From: Cenarchaeum sp.
GTDB taxonomy: Archaea > Thermoproteota > Nitrososphaeria > Nitrososphaerales > Nitrosopumilaceae
Assembly (NCBI GenBank): GCA_965212015.1
Contig: OZ243037.1
Span: 384,001 to 448,000 of the forward strand
Direction of reading: 5' to 3'
Length of the DNA: 64,000 nucleotides
Shown: one piece after another, positions 1-11,100 of the stretch
Layout: each line of letters opens with the position of its first letter
How positions within the stretch are numbered: the first letter of the stretch is position 1
Made by a program: the position numbers and the translations under genes
The notes under the pieces: generated by a model
What the model saw: the letters and a program-made list of their open reading frames with translations, nothing else
Database searches by the model: none
What the model was told of the DNA's origin: nothing

Positions 1-3000
1 TGTGCCGTCAGATGAAAGGGTAAACCCGACTATGCCCCCCGATATGCCAGTCAGCCTGTGCGAGTTTACCAGCGAGAGGGATTCCACATCATAGGGCGAA
101 TCCATGCTGTATTCATGGAGGGATCTGGGGGTTCCCAGCACAAACATGGTGCGTCCGTCGTTTGAGAATTCCGCATCCGACGGCTCTGTAGTCCCCGGCA
201 GTACGGCCACGGGGCCGCGCACAATGTCGCTGTTGGGGTTGCCCGTCGTGTTTGCAAAGACAAACGGCGTTCCGCTGGTGGAGTATGTGGTGATATCGCG
301 ATCATTGGCCTCCATTATGAACATGAGCGTGCCGTTCCTTGAAAAGTCCACGTTGCGCGGAGTGTCACCCGGCGTCGACCTCTCAAATGTCTGGTCAAAT
401 ACGAGCGTGTTGTTCAGGGTAAGGGTCCTGACGGCATCCACTATGCGGAGTGTTACGGGTTCGACGTCCGTATTACTTGGACCGGTGGCAACGACGTTAA
501 ATTCAACGTTCCCGACGGTATCTGGCGTCCATGTGAACGCGCCGCCGGGCGTTATCGCAGCAGATGCCGGCGCGCCGTCGAGTGCAAGGGTTGCCGACCG
601 GCCCGATACCAGGCCGAACTGCAGCGAGATCGGCCCGTCAACCACGTATTGGTGCGATATTACCGGCAGTATGATTACGGGCGGCAGTCCGGCGGCAAAT
701 GTGGCCGTACGAACTTCGGATGCCGCATTGCCGTGTGGAGTGCGATCCACATCAACGGCGGCGCCCTCCGGAATGCTCACATTTATTGTACCGTCCGTGC
801 CGTTGCGCTGCACATCAAAGGTGAATGTGTCTGCCTGGCCGGTGGCGGGCAAAAGATTCGACGCCTTGTGGGTGCCGGCAGGCGCGGTGCTAACCACGGT
901 AATCTCGTCTACTGAAAATTGCGTCACGGGCTCGCTGAACTCGGCCATAAACCGTATGGTCTCCAGGTTGGCGGTCCCCTCGTGTTCCACATCATCACTG
1001 GTTACGTTCACGGTGGGCGTGGTGACAAATGTAAAGGAGTACGGGGCAGTTGACTCCTCATTGAGGTTGCCTTGCAGATCCGTGAACGCACCGGCGTCAA
1101 TGCGTATGATCAAGTTAGCTTCGATGTCTTCGCTGTCTATCTGAAAGCTGTATACGAGGTTGTTTACCCGGGCAACGTTCGTTGCCATGTGGACTCCGGG
1201 GGGGCCGACGAAGGTAATGTCATCTTCTGTAAACGTGCTTGCGACTATGCGCTCGCTGAACTCGGCCCTAAAAGTGGCCACATCCAAGGTCGTCTCGCCG
1301 CGATCCTCCACGTCGGTGCTGGTGATTGTGACTGTGGGCGGGATCTCATCAAGGACCAGCTGGACAACAGGCGCATCGTCAAACTCGAGCCTGTATGACG
1401 TAAACACCACCACATCAACAGGGTCGTCTGCAAACCTTACATCAAACGTTATTACTTCAAATCCGATAACGTCATTCGTGCCGGGGGCTATTTGGTAATG
1501 GGTGGCATTGAGCCTGGTTGCAGTGATGTGAGAGTTATCCCGGGCGCCACTACCGTCCTCGGGCAGCTGAACGTTACTGATCGTAACATGCTCTGCAAAG
1601 GCGGCATCCCCCCTGGCGACCAGATCTGGAAGATTTAGGAGGAACGGCTCAAATCCGGGTGTCAAAAAGAGCCGGCCTACCGGGGATTGTGGAAATCCCA
1701 GCGGTACGGTTCCGGCAGGATCCGACTCGAATCGGAATAACAGTTGTTCGCTTTGGGGCAGATTTACCCCGTCATCCAGGGCAAAGGTAAACCTGGTCTG
1801 GCAGTTACACCCGGGACCGGGGGGCGTTACGATGAGACGATCGCCCACTATACTGGCGGATAACGCCTGGTTGCTCTGGCCCGTTATGGTAACATCAAGG
1901 CGGGGCCTGCTGTTGTCATTATCCACAAACAGGTCATTCAGTGGGATGGCAAACCGGTCATTGACGGCGTTGCGCGGTCCAAACTTTAGGCCACTATGCA
2001 GTTCCCCGGGTGCCGCGTCGGTGTTACGGGTGACAATTGTGTAATTGACTATCAGGCTGTCGTGGACCAGCGGAATGATATCTCCTACAACAACCCCCGT
2101 GGACGGGATTATTGTCGGACCGTGCAGGACGGCAGTGAACGTTACAGAATCCGTGGGGGTTGTAAAGTCGGATGTCGGATTATACGATATGGACCCAGAG
2201 CCGTTGGATGGGAATACTCTAATCTGGACTGTGGTCCCGTTCGAGGTCAGCTCGGGAACAAGGGTGGCGGGATCGGTCTGGTTGATTCGAATCTCCCCCG
2301 TTGCATCCGCATTGTCGGCAGTTATTATAATGTGGTTAAACGCCACCCTCGGGTCTATGGCAAAGTCGTCCCAGTTCAGGACGACATCCTCAGCCAAAAG
2401 GTCATGGTTTACATTAATTGAGGAGTCCAGGAATATGCCGGACTCGGTCGTCTCTATGTCCCGCACTGTAACCGTTATAGTCTCACAGGTGATAGCGTTT
2501 GGCACGCCCGTGGCCTGGCTTTCGGCGCACAGCTCGGCGGCCACTATACCTGATGATACCGGGTCTATGGACAGTATATCTCCTGTAATGCTCAAATCTA
2601 CGATTCCGGGATCCAGGTTGGTCACAGTGTATATGATGTCATCGCCCTCCGGATCCATAAAAAATTCGTTCAACATTACCGTCATGTCCGCATCCGAGGA
2701 ATCAACTATGTATCCTGCCGTCAGGTTGGATATGGGGGCCGCATCGGTCTTGTTTACAGTTATATCAAATATGCCAGAGAACATGCTTCCGTCCTGTAAG
2801 GCAAACGTATAGGTTATCGGGATGGGATCCGACTGTATGCCGGTGGTCACAAATGTGTCGGATATCGTGTGTCTTGTTCTTTCGTCCGTTTCTTCGTCTA
2901 TCGTCTGGCTGACTATCTGAAATCCATTTATGAATATTACACCTGTGGTGTCGTTAAACTGCAGAGGGTCGGCGCCACTCGCTACAAGTTCTTGTATCGT

Positions 3001-6000
3001 CTGTAGATCCAGGTTTTGTAGGTCTACCACCCTAGAAAAATTAATTACACTTAGCGGTATTCCCAGCTCGCCGGTTACCACCGGAATAGTGTCCCTGTCG
3101 ATGGGGGATTCGGTATGGGAGATAATAGCCAAATTCAGGGAATTCAGCGTCTGCCCCTCGTTTATCGACTGGGCTGGTATTATCTCAAGCGCGGGAGGGG
3201 CCGACTGTGTATTCACCATCAAAGTCGCAAGGCTAGAGCCGTCACACACGTCATAACTAATGTTGGCCACCCCGCCGGCGCCGGTCGTCCTAAAGGTCGC
3301 CAGGCCCTCGGAGGTAATCTGGAGCGAGGTTGAGTCAATTGCGGCATTGACATCTGAGCGTATGTTGGAATATGTCAGTATGTCCTCGGCATCGGCATCG
3401 CTGGTATGCATGGCAAGATCCAGCACTCTTGCATTTGTGGCAATCGGGATGCCCAAACCGTCAACGACTGTCGGCAGTGCATTGGGCGATCTTTCATTGT
3501 TCATTATATCAACGGTATAGGTGCGCTCGACATTGTCCAGAGTACCGTCGGCAAATTCAGGCTGATTAATGTCACGAAAATTGTCATCAGATACCGTCAC
3601 GGTAAACGATACAGAGCCGTCAATAGTGCACCTTGCCGGAGTGTCCTCGGCCCTGAAATCAGGCGAGTTGTCCTGCGGAACCGCGCCGGACAGCTGTCCC
3701 GTGGCAGCATCGATGCTCATCCAGTCAGGGTGCTCGGAGATGCGGAATCCCAGTACGGTGCCGTCGGGTTCGGATACCGGAATCGGCGTCGAGCTGGAGA
3801 CGTCCACGTCCTCGGTAAAGACAAAGTCCAGATCCTCAAGGACGGGAGGTCCTGTGTTTAGCGCTTGTGCGACTATCTCAAAGTTTTGAGGGGGATTCCC
3901 TACAATGTACAGGGATTCAAAGTCTGGCGTGAACGTCATTCCCCTGGTCGGAAAGCTTACTATCGGATGTGCGGCCACTTGGGTCATGGTTCTCACGTCA
4001 TATGCCACACCTAACGAATACAAATCAAGGACGCGGGTGTTGTGGAAATTATGATTGCCCAGAGTGTATATTGCCGTGCCGTCATCGCTGATTGCCATAG
4101 CAATCCCGCTGGGGTCGAAAAGGGCCGGGCTCCTTTCAAAATTGTCCGCAGAACCCGACGTCACGTTAAAGGCCGTCTCGAGCGGGAATCCGTATATGCG
4201 GCCGCCGCCATGAATGCTTTCTATCACGTACATGTAGAGGCCGTCGCGCGAGAATTCTATTCCATGCGCGTTGACAGTGGCACTGGCGACGGACAGGGAT
4301 TCGCCATCATACATGGGGTTTGGAGAAATGCTGAAGGGCGAGTCCAGAACGTACGCGTCTACGGTGTCGCTGCTGGCACCTAGCACGAACATCTTTAGGC
4401 GGTCGGCAGAGAACTCTATTGATCTGGGTTCCGGATCCCGGGTGATGGTAAATGTCTGATCGGGCGTAGCTGGCGCCGTCGTTATATCAAAGTCCGTGCC
4501 AAGATTATACCTATGTATAGCGTCGGTGTCTCCGCCGTTCAATAGGAACATCAGGCCGCCGCTGCGTGAAAAGTCTATATCCAGTGTGCGATCAATCGTT
4601 CTTGGCTCAAAGCCTACCAGGTCATAATCGGCCGAGATGTCAAACTCTAGGTCGACTGTATAGCTGTTCGATGCCATGTTGTTCCCCACCGCATTCGCCA
4701 GAATCATGACGGTGATGGTGGCATCGGCTGGCCCGCGCAGCACGTCAAAGGCGTACATTGTGCCGGAGCCGGTAAGGTTTGACGGCACGTGGGTGCCGGC
4801 AGACAGGGCAGTGCCGTCAGGTGCAACGCTAGATATTGTAATGTCACTCAGCTCAAATCCGGTCACCGGATTGCCAAATTCGACGTTAAACGATGCAATG
4901 CCGTCGGCGGTAGTCGCCCCCGGCGGATTGCTGTCGATTTCCGTCGTAAACGAGCCAGAGACGACGGAATACCTAAAGATGTCGTCTACTGTGTTATCGA
5001 GTACAAACAGGTGCAGGCCGTTATCAGCAACTACCATGCTGCTGGGACCCACGGTGGGAATCGTTTGGGAGATGCCGCTGTACGATATGGAGGAGGGGTC
5101 CACGGCATACTCGTGCAACGCACCGTCAGCTCCTACGACAAGCATGGCCGTACTGTTGTAAAATGCCACGTCCTGCGGCGTGGCCGGATTACTGCCCAAA
5201 TTAAGGGATCTGTTGTATGTCACATCGGAGACTGAAAAGGGGATTGCCAGCGTGTGCTCGTGGACCTGGCTGTTGACAGAGGCCGTACCCGCCACTGCAA
5301 ACAGCTTTGTACCGTCAGATGAAATGGTGAATCCGGTGGGACGCTGCGACGACAGATCGGTCAGCGTGTGCGTGTTTACCTGCGTGCGCGGATCTAGGAC
5401 ATATGGTGCATCCAGGGCATATTCATAGAGTGTGCCGGAAAATAAATCCATTAGAATCATGGTGCGCCCGTCGTTTGAGAACTCTAGATCCGTTGCGGAA
5501 AGACTCCGCGGTACCGAAGACTCAAAGTCAAGTGTGATGTCGCTGTTGATGTCAGATGTCGTGTTTGCAAAGTCAAACGGCGTGATTGTCGTGTACCGGG
5601 TAATGTCGCTGTCGGCACTTTCCAGTACGAACATGTGCAGCCCGTCGTTTGAGAATTGTATGGCATTAGGGTCGTCACCAAACGGCCTATCAAAGGTGTC
5701 ATCAGGTTCGAGCTCGCCTGCGACAAAGGGCGTTATGGAATTCACCACGCGGAGTATTATTGGCTCGGTGTCAGAGCCGTCGGTATTTGTGGCGGTGACG
5801 TTAAAGGAGAACGTGCCTGCGGCGTTTGGCGTCCAAATGAACGAGCCGGTGTTCGTTTCTGCTGCAAGTGGCGGGCTGCCGGGGAACGTAAATTCGGCCG
5901 CCGGCCTGCCCGATACCTGCCCGAACTGCAGGCTGAGCTCCTCGTTTATCACGTACTGTGACTGTATTATCGGCAGTATGATTACGGGCGGCATGGTACC

Positions 6001-7500
6001 AGCGGGCGGGGTAACCGGCGCGTTTGCAAAGTCGTACTGGAATGATTCAGAGGCCGCCGTGTTGGCGTTCCCATTCACGTCCTCGAACGAGCCTGAAAGA
6101 ACGAATATGCTTATGTTCTGATCCGCGGCAGAGTGCACTACCTGAAAGTCATACGTGATGTCATTCTCCCGTTCGATATTCATCACGGAGTGTGACGAGG
6201 AATCACCACTCGCGCTAATGTCACCTGCGGTAAACGTGCTTTCCATTATGGGCTCGCTGAATGTCGCAGTGAAATTGGCCGTAACCAAGTTCGTGACGGT
6301 ACTTTCTGTCACCTGGGTGCTAGAGATTGTAACTGTGGGCGGGGTGTTATCCGGCCCAATTATGGCGGTAAATGTAGGGGCCGCCAAACTGTCGATACCG
6401 CCAGATACGCTGCTTGCCGCGCCTGCGTCAATCGATACGATTACGGTACCGACCGAGAATCCCCTAATGACTTCAAACGTGTACTGGGCTGCGTTGACCT
6501 CCGTAAAGGACCCCGCCACTATCCGTGGATTGCCGCCGTCTGCGGTACCCGACAGGACAATGTCGGTGTCCGCAAATCCCGTCACATCCTCGCTGAATTG
6601 GACGGTAAATGTTAAACTACTAGAGCTCGTGGCGCCGCCGTTTACCAGGTCGTTCGTCCCGTCATTGGCGGTGATTGTAGGGGTGGGCGGTGCAATGATC
6701 AGGGTAAAGGGGTCGGCGAACGTATACTGGTAGACGAGATCGTTGCCGCTATCCAAAACATACATGTTCCTGCCGTCAGATGAAAAGTCCATGTCGCGTG
6801 CAATAAAACCACTTATCCCGATATCAAAAGTATCAACGGGCGTTGTGTTGATACTACTCACGACATAGGGCGTACTCAGTGCATACTGGCGGACCGTAGC
6901 TCCATTAATAGTAAACAGGCTCGTGCCGTCATTGGAGATTGACGCGCCGTGGAAGGACGCGGGTTGGGCAGACGTGCTGTTTTGAGTAACGCCGGAGGAT
7001 ATGTCAAAGGCGGTACTGAGCTCATATGACGCGATACCGGGGCCATCACCCCCGGTTATTAGCCACATGCCGTCACGAGAGATTGTCATGCCGGCAGCTC
7101 TGAATTCGCAGCAGTTTGGTGGATTGCTCGGGGTGGCAATCGAACGATCTGCCATAACTGGCACCTGGACGACCTCGGGCGCGGAAAAGGTATTAGTGCC
7201 AAGAAATATTCTGCTGCCGTCATTAGAGATCGCCACGGCTTGTACACCAAATGTCGTGGCAGAGGTAAAAGACTGCCTCGGGTGCACGGTGGCACTGGTT
7301 ATATCAAAGGCGGAACTGAGATCGAGTCTGATAATACCGGTATTATCTACAACATACACCTCCGTGCCGTCGTCGGATATGGTCATGCCCGAGGGAAAAT
7401 TCTCTCCAAGAGGAGGTGATTGGGCCTGCGCATAGGCCGAGACGGGGATCAGAACCAACAATGGCAACAGTAAAGCTGCGAACAGCAGGGTCTTTTGCAT
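1..7500 (-). CDS. Giant secreted surface/adhesin-like protein, copy 1 (partial, >=2500 aa, runs off the window start); beta-propeller repeats and Ig-like domains
   Basis: ATG at 7500 gives the signal peptide MQKTLLFAALLLPLLVLIPVSAYAQ, as in copies 2-5. The same frame still reads GIVGFTLSSDGT at base 1. It is missing from the ORF track, consistent with having no stop inside the window. It shares long sequence blocks with copies 2-5. Confidence 0.9.
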   Translation of the reverse strand, partial: MQKTLLFAALLLPLLVLIPVSAYAQAQSPPLGENFPSGMTISDDGTEVYVVDNTGIIRLDLSSAFDITSATVHPRQSFTSATTFGVQAVAISNDGSRIFLGTNTFSAPEVVQVPVMADRSIATPSNPPNCCEFRAAGMTISRDGMWLITGGDGPGIASYELSTAFDISSGVTQNSTSAQPASFHGASISNDGTSLFTINGATVRQYALSTPYVVSSINTTPVDTFDIGISGFIARDMDFSSDGRNMYVLDSGNDLVYQYTFADPFTLIIAPPTPTITANDGTNDLVNGGATSSSSLTFTVQFSEDVTGFADTDIVLSGTADGGNPRIVAGSFTEVNAAQYTFEVIRGFSVGTVIVSIDAGAASSVSGGIDSLAAPTFTAIIGPDNTPPTVTISSTQVTESTVTNLVTANFTATFSEPIMESTFTAGDISASGDSSSHSVMNIERENDITYDFQVVHSAADQNISIFVLSGSFEDVNGNANTAASESFQYDFANAPVTPPAGTMPPVIILPIIQSQYVINEELSLQFGQVSGRPAAEFTFPGSPPLAAETNTGSFIWTPNAAGTFSFNVTATNTDGSDTEPIILRVVNSITPFVAGELEPDDTFDRPFGDDPNAIQFSNDGLHMFVLESADSDITRYTTITPFDFANTTSDINSDITLDFESSVPRSLSATDLEFSNDGRTMILMDLFSGTLYEYALDAPYVLDPRTQVNTHTLTDLSSQRPTGFTISSDGTKLFAVAGTASVNSQVHEHTLAIPFSVSDVTYNRSLNLGSNPATPQDVAFYNSTAMLVVGADGALHEYAVDPSSISYSGISQTIPTVGPSSMVVADNGLHLFVLDNTVDDIFRYSVVSGSFTTEIDSNPPGATTADGIASFNVEFGNPVTGFELSDITISSVAPDGTALSAGTHVPSNLTGSGTMYAFDVLRGPADATITVMILANAVGNNMASNSYTVDLEFDISADYDLVGFEPRTIDRTLDIDFSRSGGLMFLLNGGDTDAIHRYNLGTDFDITTAPATPDQTFTITRDPEPRSIEFSADRLKMFVLGASSDTVDAYVLDSPFSISPNPMYDGESLSVASATVNAHGIEFSRDGLYMYVIESIHGGGRIYGFPLETAFNVTSGSADNFERSPALFDPSGIAMAISDDGTAIYTLGNHNFHNTRVLDLYSLGVAYDVRTMTQVAAHPIVSFPTRGMTFTPDFESLYIVGNPPQNFEIVAQALNTGPPVLEDLDFVFTEDVDVSSSTPIPVSEPDGTVLGFRISEHPDWMSIDAATGQLSGAVPQDNSPDFRAEDTPARCTIDGSVSFTVTVSDDNFRDINQPEFADGTLDNVERTYTVDIMNNERSPNALPTVVDGLGIPIATNARVLDLAMHTSDADAEDILTYSNIRSDVNAAIDSTSLQITSEGLATFRTTGAGGVANISYDVCDGSSLATLMVNTQSAPPALEIIPAQSINEGQTLNSLNLAIISHTESPIDRDTIPVVTGELGIPLSVINFSRVVDLQNLDLQTIQELVASGADPLQFNDTTGVIFINGFQIVSQTIDEETDERTRHTISDTFVTTGIQSDPIPITYTFALQDGSMFSGIFDITVNKTDAAPISNLTAGYIVDSSDADMTVMLNEFFMDPEGDDIIYTVTNLDPGIVDLSITGDILSIDPVSSGIVAAELCAESQATGVPNAITCETITVTVRDIETTESGIFLDSSINVNHDLLAEDVVLNWDDFAIDPRVAFNHIIITADNADATGEIRINQTDPATLVPELTSNGTTVQIRVFPSNGSGSISYNPTSDFTTPTDSVTFTAVLHGPTIIPSTGVVVGDIIPLVHDSLIVNYTIVTRNTDAAPGELHSGLKFGPRNAVNDRFAIPLNDLFVDNDNSRPRLDVTITGQSNQALSASIVGDRLIVTPPGPGCNCQTRFTFALDDGVNLPQSEQLLFRFESDPAGTVPLGFPQSPVGRLFLTPGFEPFLLNLPDLVARGDAAFAEHVTISNVQLPEDGSGARDNSHITATRLNATHYQIAPGTNDVIGFEVITFDVRFADDPVDVVVFTSYRLEFDDAPVVQLVLDEIPPTVTITSTDVEDRGETTLDVATFRAEFSERIVASTFTEDDITFVGPPGVHMATNVARVNNLVYSFQIDSEDIEANLIIRIDAGAFTDLQGNLNEESTAPYSFTFVTTPTVNVTSDDVEHEGTANLETIRFMAEFSEPVTQFSVDEITVVSTAPAGTHKASNLLPATGQADTFTFDVQRNGTDGTINVSIPEGAAVDVDRTPHGNAASEVRTATFAAGLPPVIILPVISHQYVVDGPISLQFGLVSGRSATLALDGAPASAAITPGGAFTWTPDTVGNVEFNVVATGPSNTDVEPVTLRIVDAVRTLTLNNTLVFDQTFERSTPGDTPRNVDFSRNGTLMFIMEANDRDITTYSTSGTPFVFANTTGNPNSDIVRGPVAVLPGTTEPSDAEFSNDGRTMFVLGTPRSLHEYSMDSPYDVESLSLVNSHRLTGISGGIVGFTLSSDGT

Positions 7501-7536
7501 ATACCGTCCCCCCCCCCGATTGCTTATAAAAGTATA
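7501..7536 (-). promoter_or_regulatory. Core promoter of copy 1: TATACTTTTATAAG-CAATC-G10-ACGGTAT-ATG
   Basis: TATA-like TTTTATAA ends 23 nt before the ATG. The motif is conserved upstream of all five paralogs. C10 on the + strand at 7508-7517. Confidence 0.75.
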
Positions 7537-7550
7537 ATCATCGGTTTTTT

Positions 7551-7610
7551 GTAATCGGTTAGGTTCAAGCGGGATATTTGGATCCGCAGGCACCGGACCT
7601 AACCGGTTAC
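7551..7610. repeat. About 60-bp MITE-like element with 14-bp terminal inverted repeats; inverted copy at 38830-38888
   Basis: Termini GTAATCGGTTAGGT...ACCTAACCGGTTAC (one mismatch). 7552-7610 matches the reverse complement of 38830-38888 at 56/59 nt by manual alignment. Confidence 0.8.
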
Positions 7611-7663
7611 GAACCGGTTCTTGACTGCGATCATGCGGGATCAGGGCGAACATGGCGTCAGGA

Positions 7664-7912
7664 CTAGAACTTCCATTCTTCACACAATCCGTTCCACAGG
7701 GGACGGAACACGTCCGGATCCTTTCCAATCTCCTGCGTGATGCGGTTTTTGAGCACGAATGAAAAGTTCTCCAGCGCATCAATGCCGCCGTCATTATACA
7801 GCTCTTCTCCAATCTCGGAGATCCGTGGTGCACGCAAAAATGTCGGCCCTGATGAGCGCGATTCGTATGGGAGTATCTGTCACAGGTTGCACGATGTACC
7901 GTACTTTTCCAT
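7664..7912 (-). pseudogene. Probable pseudogene of a small hypothetical protein
   Basis: Manual translation: MEKYGTSCNL*QILPYESRSSGPTFLRAPRISEIGEELYNDGGIDALENFSFVLKNRITQEIGKDPDVFRPLWNGLCEEWKF*, with an in-frame TGA at 7880-7882. The C-terminal half looks like a real helical protein and, from memory, resembles small thaumarchaeal hypotheticals (unverified). Confidence 0.5.
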
Positions 7913-8130
7913 GCCATATCTGCGCCAAGCACATAATTGCAGGCGGCGCCGGAAGGCAGACTGGCATTCCCGGGGGCCGTCCCCGTCACGGCCGGGATCC
8001 ATCCCGGCTGCTCAAAAGGTCTTCATTTTGGAGCCGGTCTTGTTCCAGATGGGTTCGTACCAGCTATCATAATCAGGGCATCGTTGCCTGCATTTTACGC
8101 AAGATGCGGATTTGTTCGGCGTATGTTCAA

Positions 8131-11100
8131 CTAGGGATCCTGCATGCCGTGAAGAACCAAAAAGGCCTCGCGTGAGTCGCCGTCGGCATTATGGATGCCG
8201 ACTGTCTTTTCCAGGTCATCAAAGGCGGGCATCGTGTATGCCTTGCCGTACAGCGAGTCGCGCAGATTTTCCATCTGTACGTTGTAGGCTGCCAGCTTTT
8301 GGGCAAAGGCGTCGCACGCACGATTGTCCTCGTCGGTACACGCACTCGACATGTCGACTGGCGGCGCATCCACGTACGACCACGTGCCAAACGCGTTCTT
8401 TGTCCACTGGTGTCCCAGCTGGTCGGTCCACACGTCTGCAAGCTTGTCGGTCCGAGTCAGGTGCAGCTTTACTGCGTCGCCCTGGTTTGAGTGCCTCTCG
8501 CTGAGCTCGTGCGTGGGGGGCGCGTTTAGCGAGTCACCATACACCAGCAGCCCCTCGTTCATATAGTGGGTGGTGCCGCGCCTCTTTGAATCCAGCGCGT
8601 TTATTGCAAACGGCTCGTCGTACAGCGTCTCGCGGAACAGTACGCCATCTATGCTCAGCCGCACGCACAGCTCGTTTTTGTCTGTAGGCAGGCACTGTAC
8701 GCGCGATATCTCAAAGGTGGCGTCCTCGCCTATCACGCGATTCTCGTTTGAATATTCCACAGAGTCTATCATGTACGTGGAGTTTATGGAATAGTCACGT
8801 ATCAGGTTTACGTTAATCTGCGCCTCTGCAGCATTCAGGGGCGAGCCTATTCCGGGCAGGCCAAAGCCGATGTTAAACGAGCGCAGGCCGTTTTGTGCGT
8901 ACGCCGTTAGCGCAAAGTCGTGAAGCGAGTCAGTCTCTATGGTATTGCGTTTGTAATCGACGTGATAGTCAGTTACGTCGCGGCAGACATTGTCCATGGA
9001 ATAGCCGCAGTCCACTATTTTTTGGCCAGTCGTGTACGACTTGCCAAACGTCGGCTTTGTCTTCCACTGCGTGTCGTCATCGCCGCCTCCCGAAGAGACC
9101 TGCTGCTGGGCAGTCTCAGGCGCATCGGCAAACTCGAACCTGTATGACGTAAACACATTCGCATTAACAGGGTCTTCTACAAACCCTACATCAAACGTTA
9201 TTATTTCAGATCCAATAAGGTCATTCGTGCCGGGGGCTATTTGGTAATGGGTGGCATTGTGCATGGTTGCAGTGATGTGAGAGTTATCCGTGACGCCATT
9301 ACCGTCCTCTGGCAGCTGAACGTTACTGATCATAACATTCTCCGCAAAGGCGGCATCCCCCCTGACGACCTGATCTGCAAGGTTTATGAGGAACGGCTCA
9401 AATCCGGGTGGCAAAAAGAACCTGCCTACCGGGGATTGTGGAAATCCCACCGGTACGGTTCCGGCAGGATCCGACTCGAATCGGAATAACAGTTGTTCGG
9501 GTTGGGGCGGATTTACCCCGTCATCCAGGGCAAAGGTAAACAGGGTCTGGCAGTTACAGTTGGGACCGGGGGGCGTTACGATGAGACGATCGCCCACTAT
9601 ACTGGCGGTTAACGCCTGGTTGCTCTGGCCCATTATGGTAACATCAAGGTGGGGCCTGCTGTTGTCAACATCCACAAACAGGTCATCCAGTGGGATGGCA
9701 AACCGGTCAGAGGTGTGGCGCGGTCCAAAAGCCAGGTCCCCTTGCAGTGGCCCGGGTGCCGCGTCAGTGTTAACGGTGACAATTATGTAATTGACCGTCA
9801 GGCTGTCATGGAACAGCGCAATGACCTCTTCTGTAACAATCCTCTCTTCTGTGCCAACCCCCGCGGCCTGGACTACTGCCGGACCGTGCAGGACTGCAGT
9901 GAACGTTACAGAATCCGAGGTGGATGTAAAGTCGGATGTCGGATCATACGATATGGACCCAGAGCCGTTGGATGGGAATATTCTAGTGTGGATTGTGGTC
10001 CCGTTCGAGGCCAGCTCGGGAACAAGGGTGGCGCGATCGGTCTGGTTGATTCGAATCTCCCCCGTTGCAGACGCATTGTTGGCAGTTATTATAATGTGGT
10101 TAAACGCCACCGTCGGGTCTATGGCAAAGTCGTCCCAGTTCAGGACGACATCCGCATCCAAAAGGCCATGGTTTACATTAACTGAAGAGTCCTGAAATAT
10201 GCCGGACTCGGTCGTCGGTATGCCCAGCACTAAAACCGTAATAGCCTCACAGGTGGCAGCTGTTGCTATGCCCGGTGCCATGCTTTCGGCGCACAGCCTA
10301 GCTACCACTATGCCTGACGATACCGGATCTATGATCAATATGTTTGATGATGACAAAATGGACAAATCTACGATTCCGGGATCCGGGTTGGTCACATTAT
10401 ACATAATGTCATCGCCATCCGGATCCTCAAAAAACTGGTCCAAGAATACAAGCGTGTTCGCATCCCGGGGACCAACTACATATTCTGCCGGCAGGGTGGA
10501 ATTGGCGGCCACATCGGTCTTGTTTACAGTTATATCAAATCCGCCAAAAAACATGCTTCCGTCCTCTAAGGCAAACGTATAGGTTATCGGGATGGGCGGC
10601 GACTGTATGCCGGTGGTCACAAATGTGTCGGATATCGTGTGTCTTGTTCTTTCGTCCGTTTCTTCGTCTATCGTCTGGCTGACTATCTGAAATCCATCTA
10701 TGAATATTACACCTGTGGTGTCGTTAAACTGCAGAGGGTCGGCGCCACTCGCTACAAGTTCTTGTATCGACTGTAGATCCAGTTTTTCCAGGTCTACCAC
10801 CCTAGAAAAATTAATTACACTTAGCGGTATTCCCAGCTCGCCGGTTACCACCGGAATAGTGCCCCTGTCGATGGGGGATTCGGTATGGGAGAGGATATAC
10901 AATGGCAGGGAATTCAGCGTCTGTCCCTCGTTTATCGACTGGTCAGGGATGCCACTGATCACAGCGGAAGTACTAGTCGTTACCGTCAAAGTGATTTCGT
11001 GTGAGCCGTCACATATCCTATACATGATGGTGGCCGGACCGGCATCACCGGTCGGCGTAAAGGCAAGCAGGCCGGTATCGACATCAAGCGTGGCAGAGTC

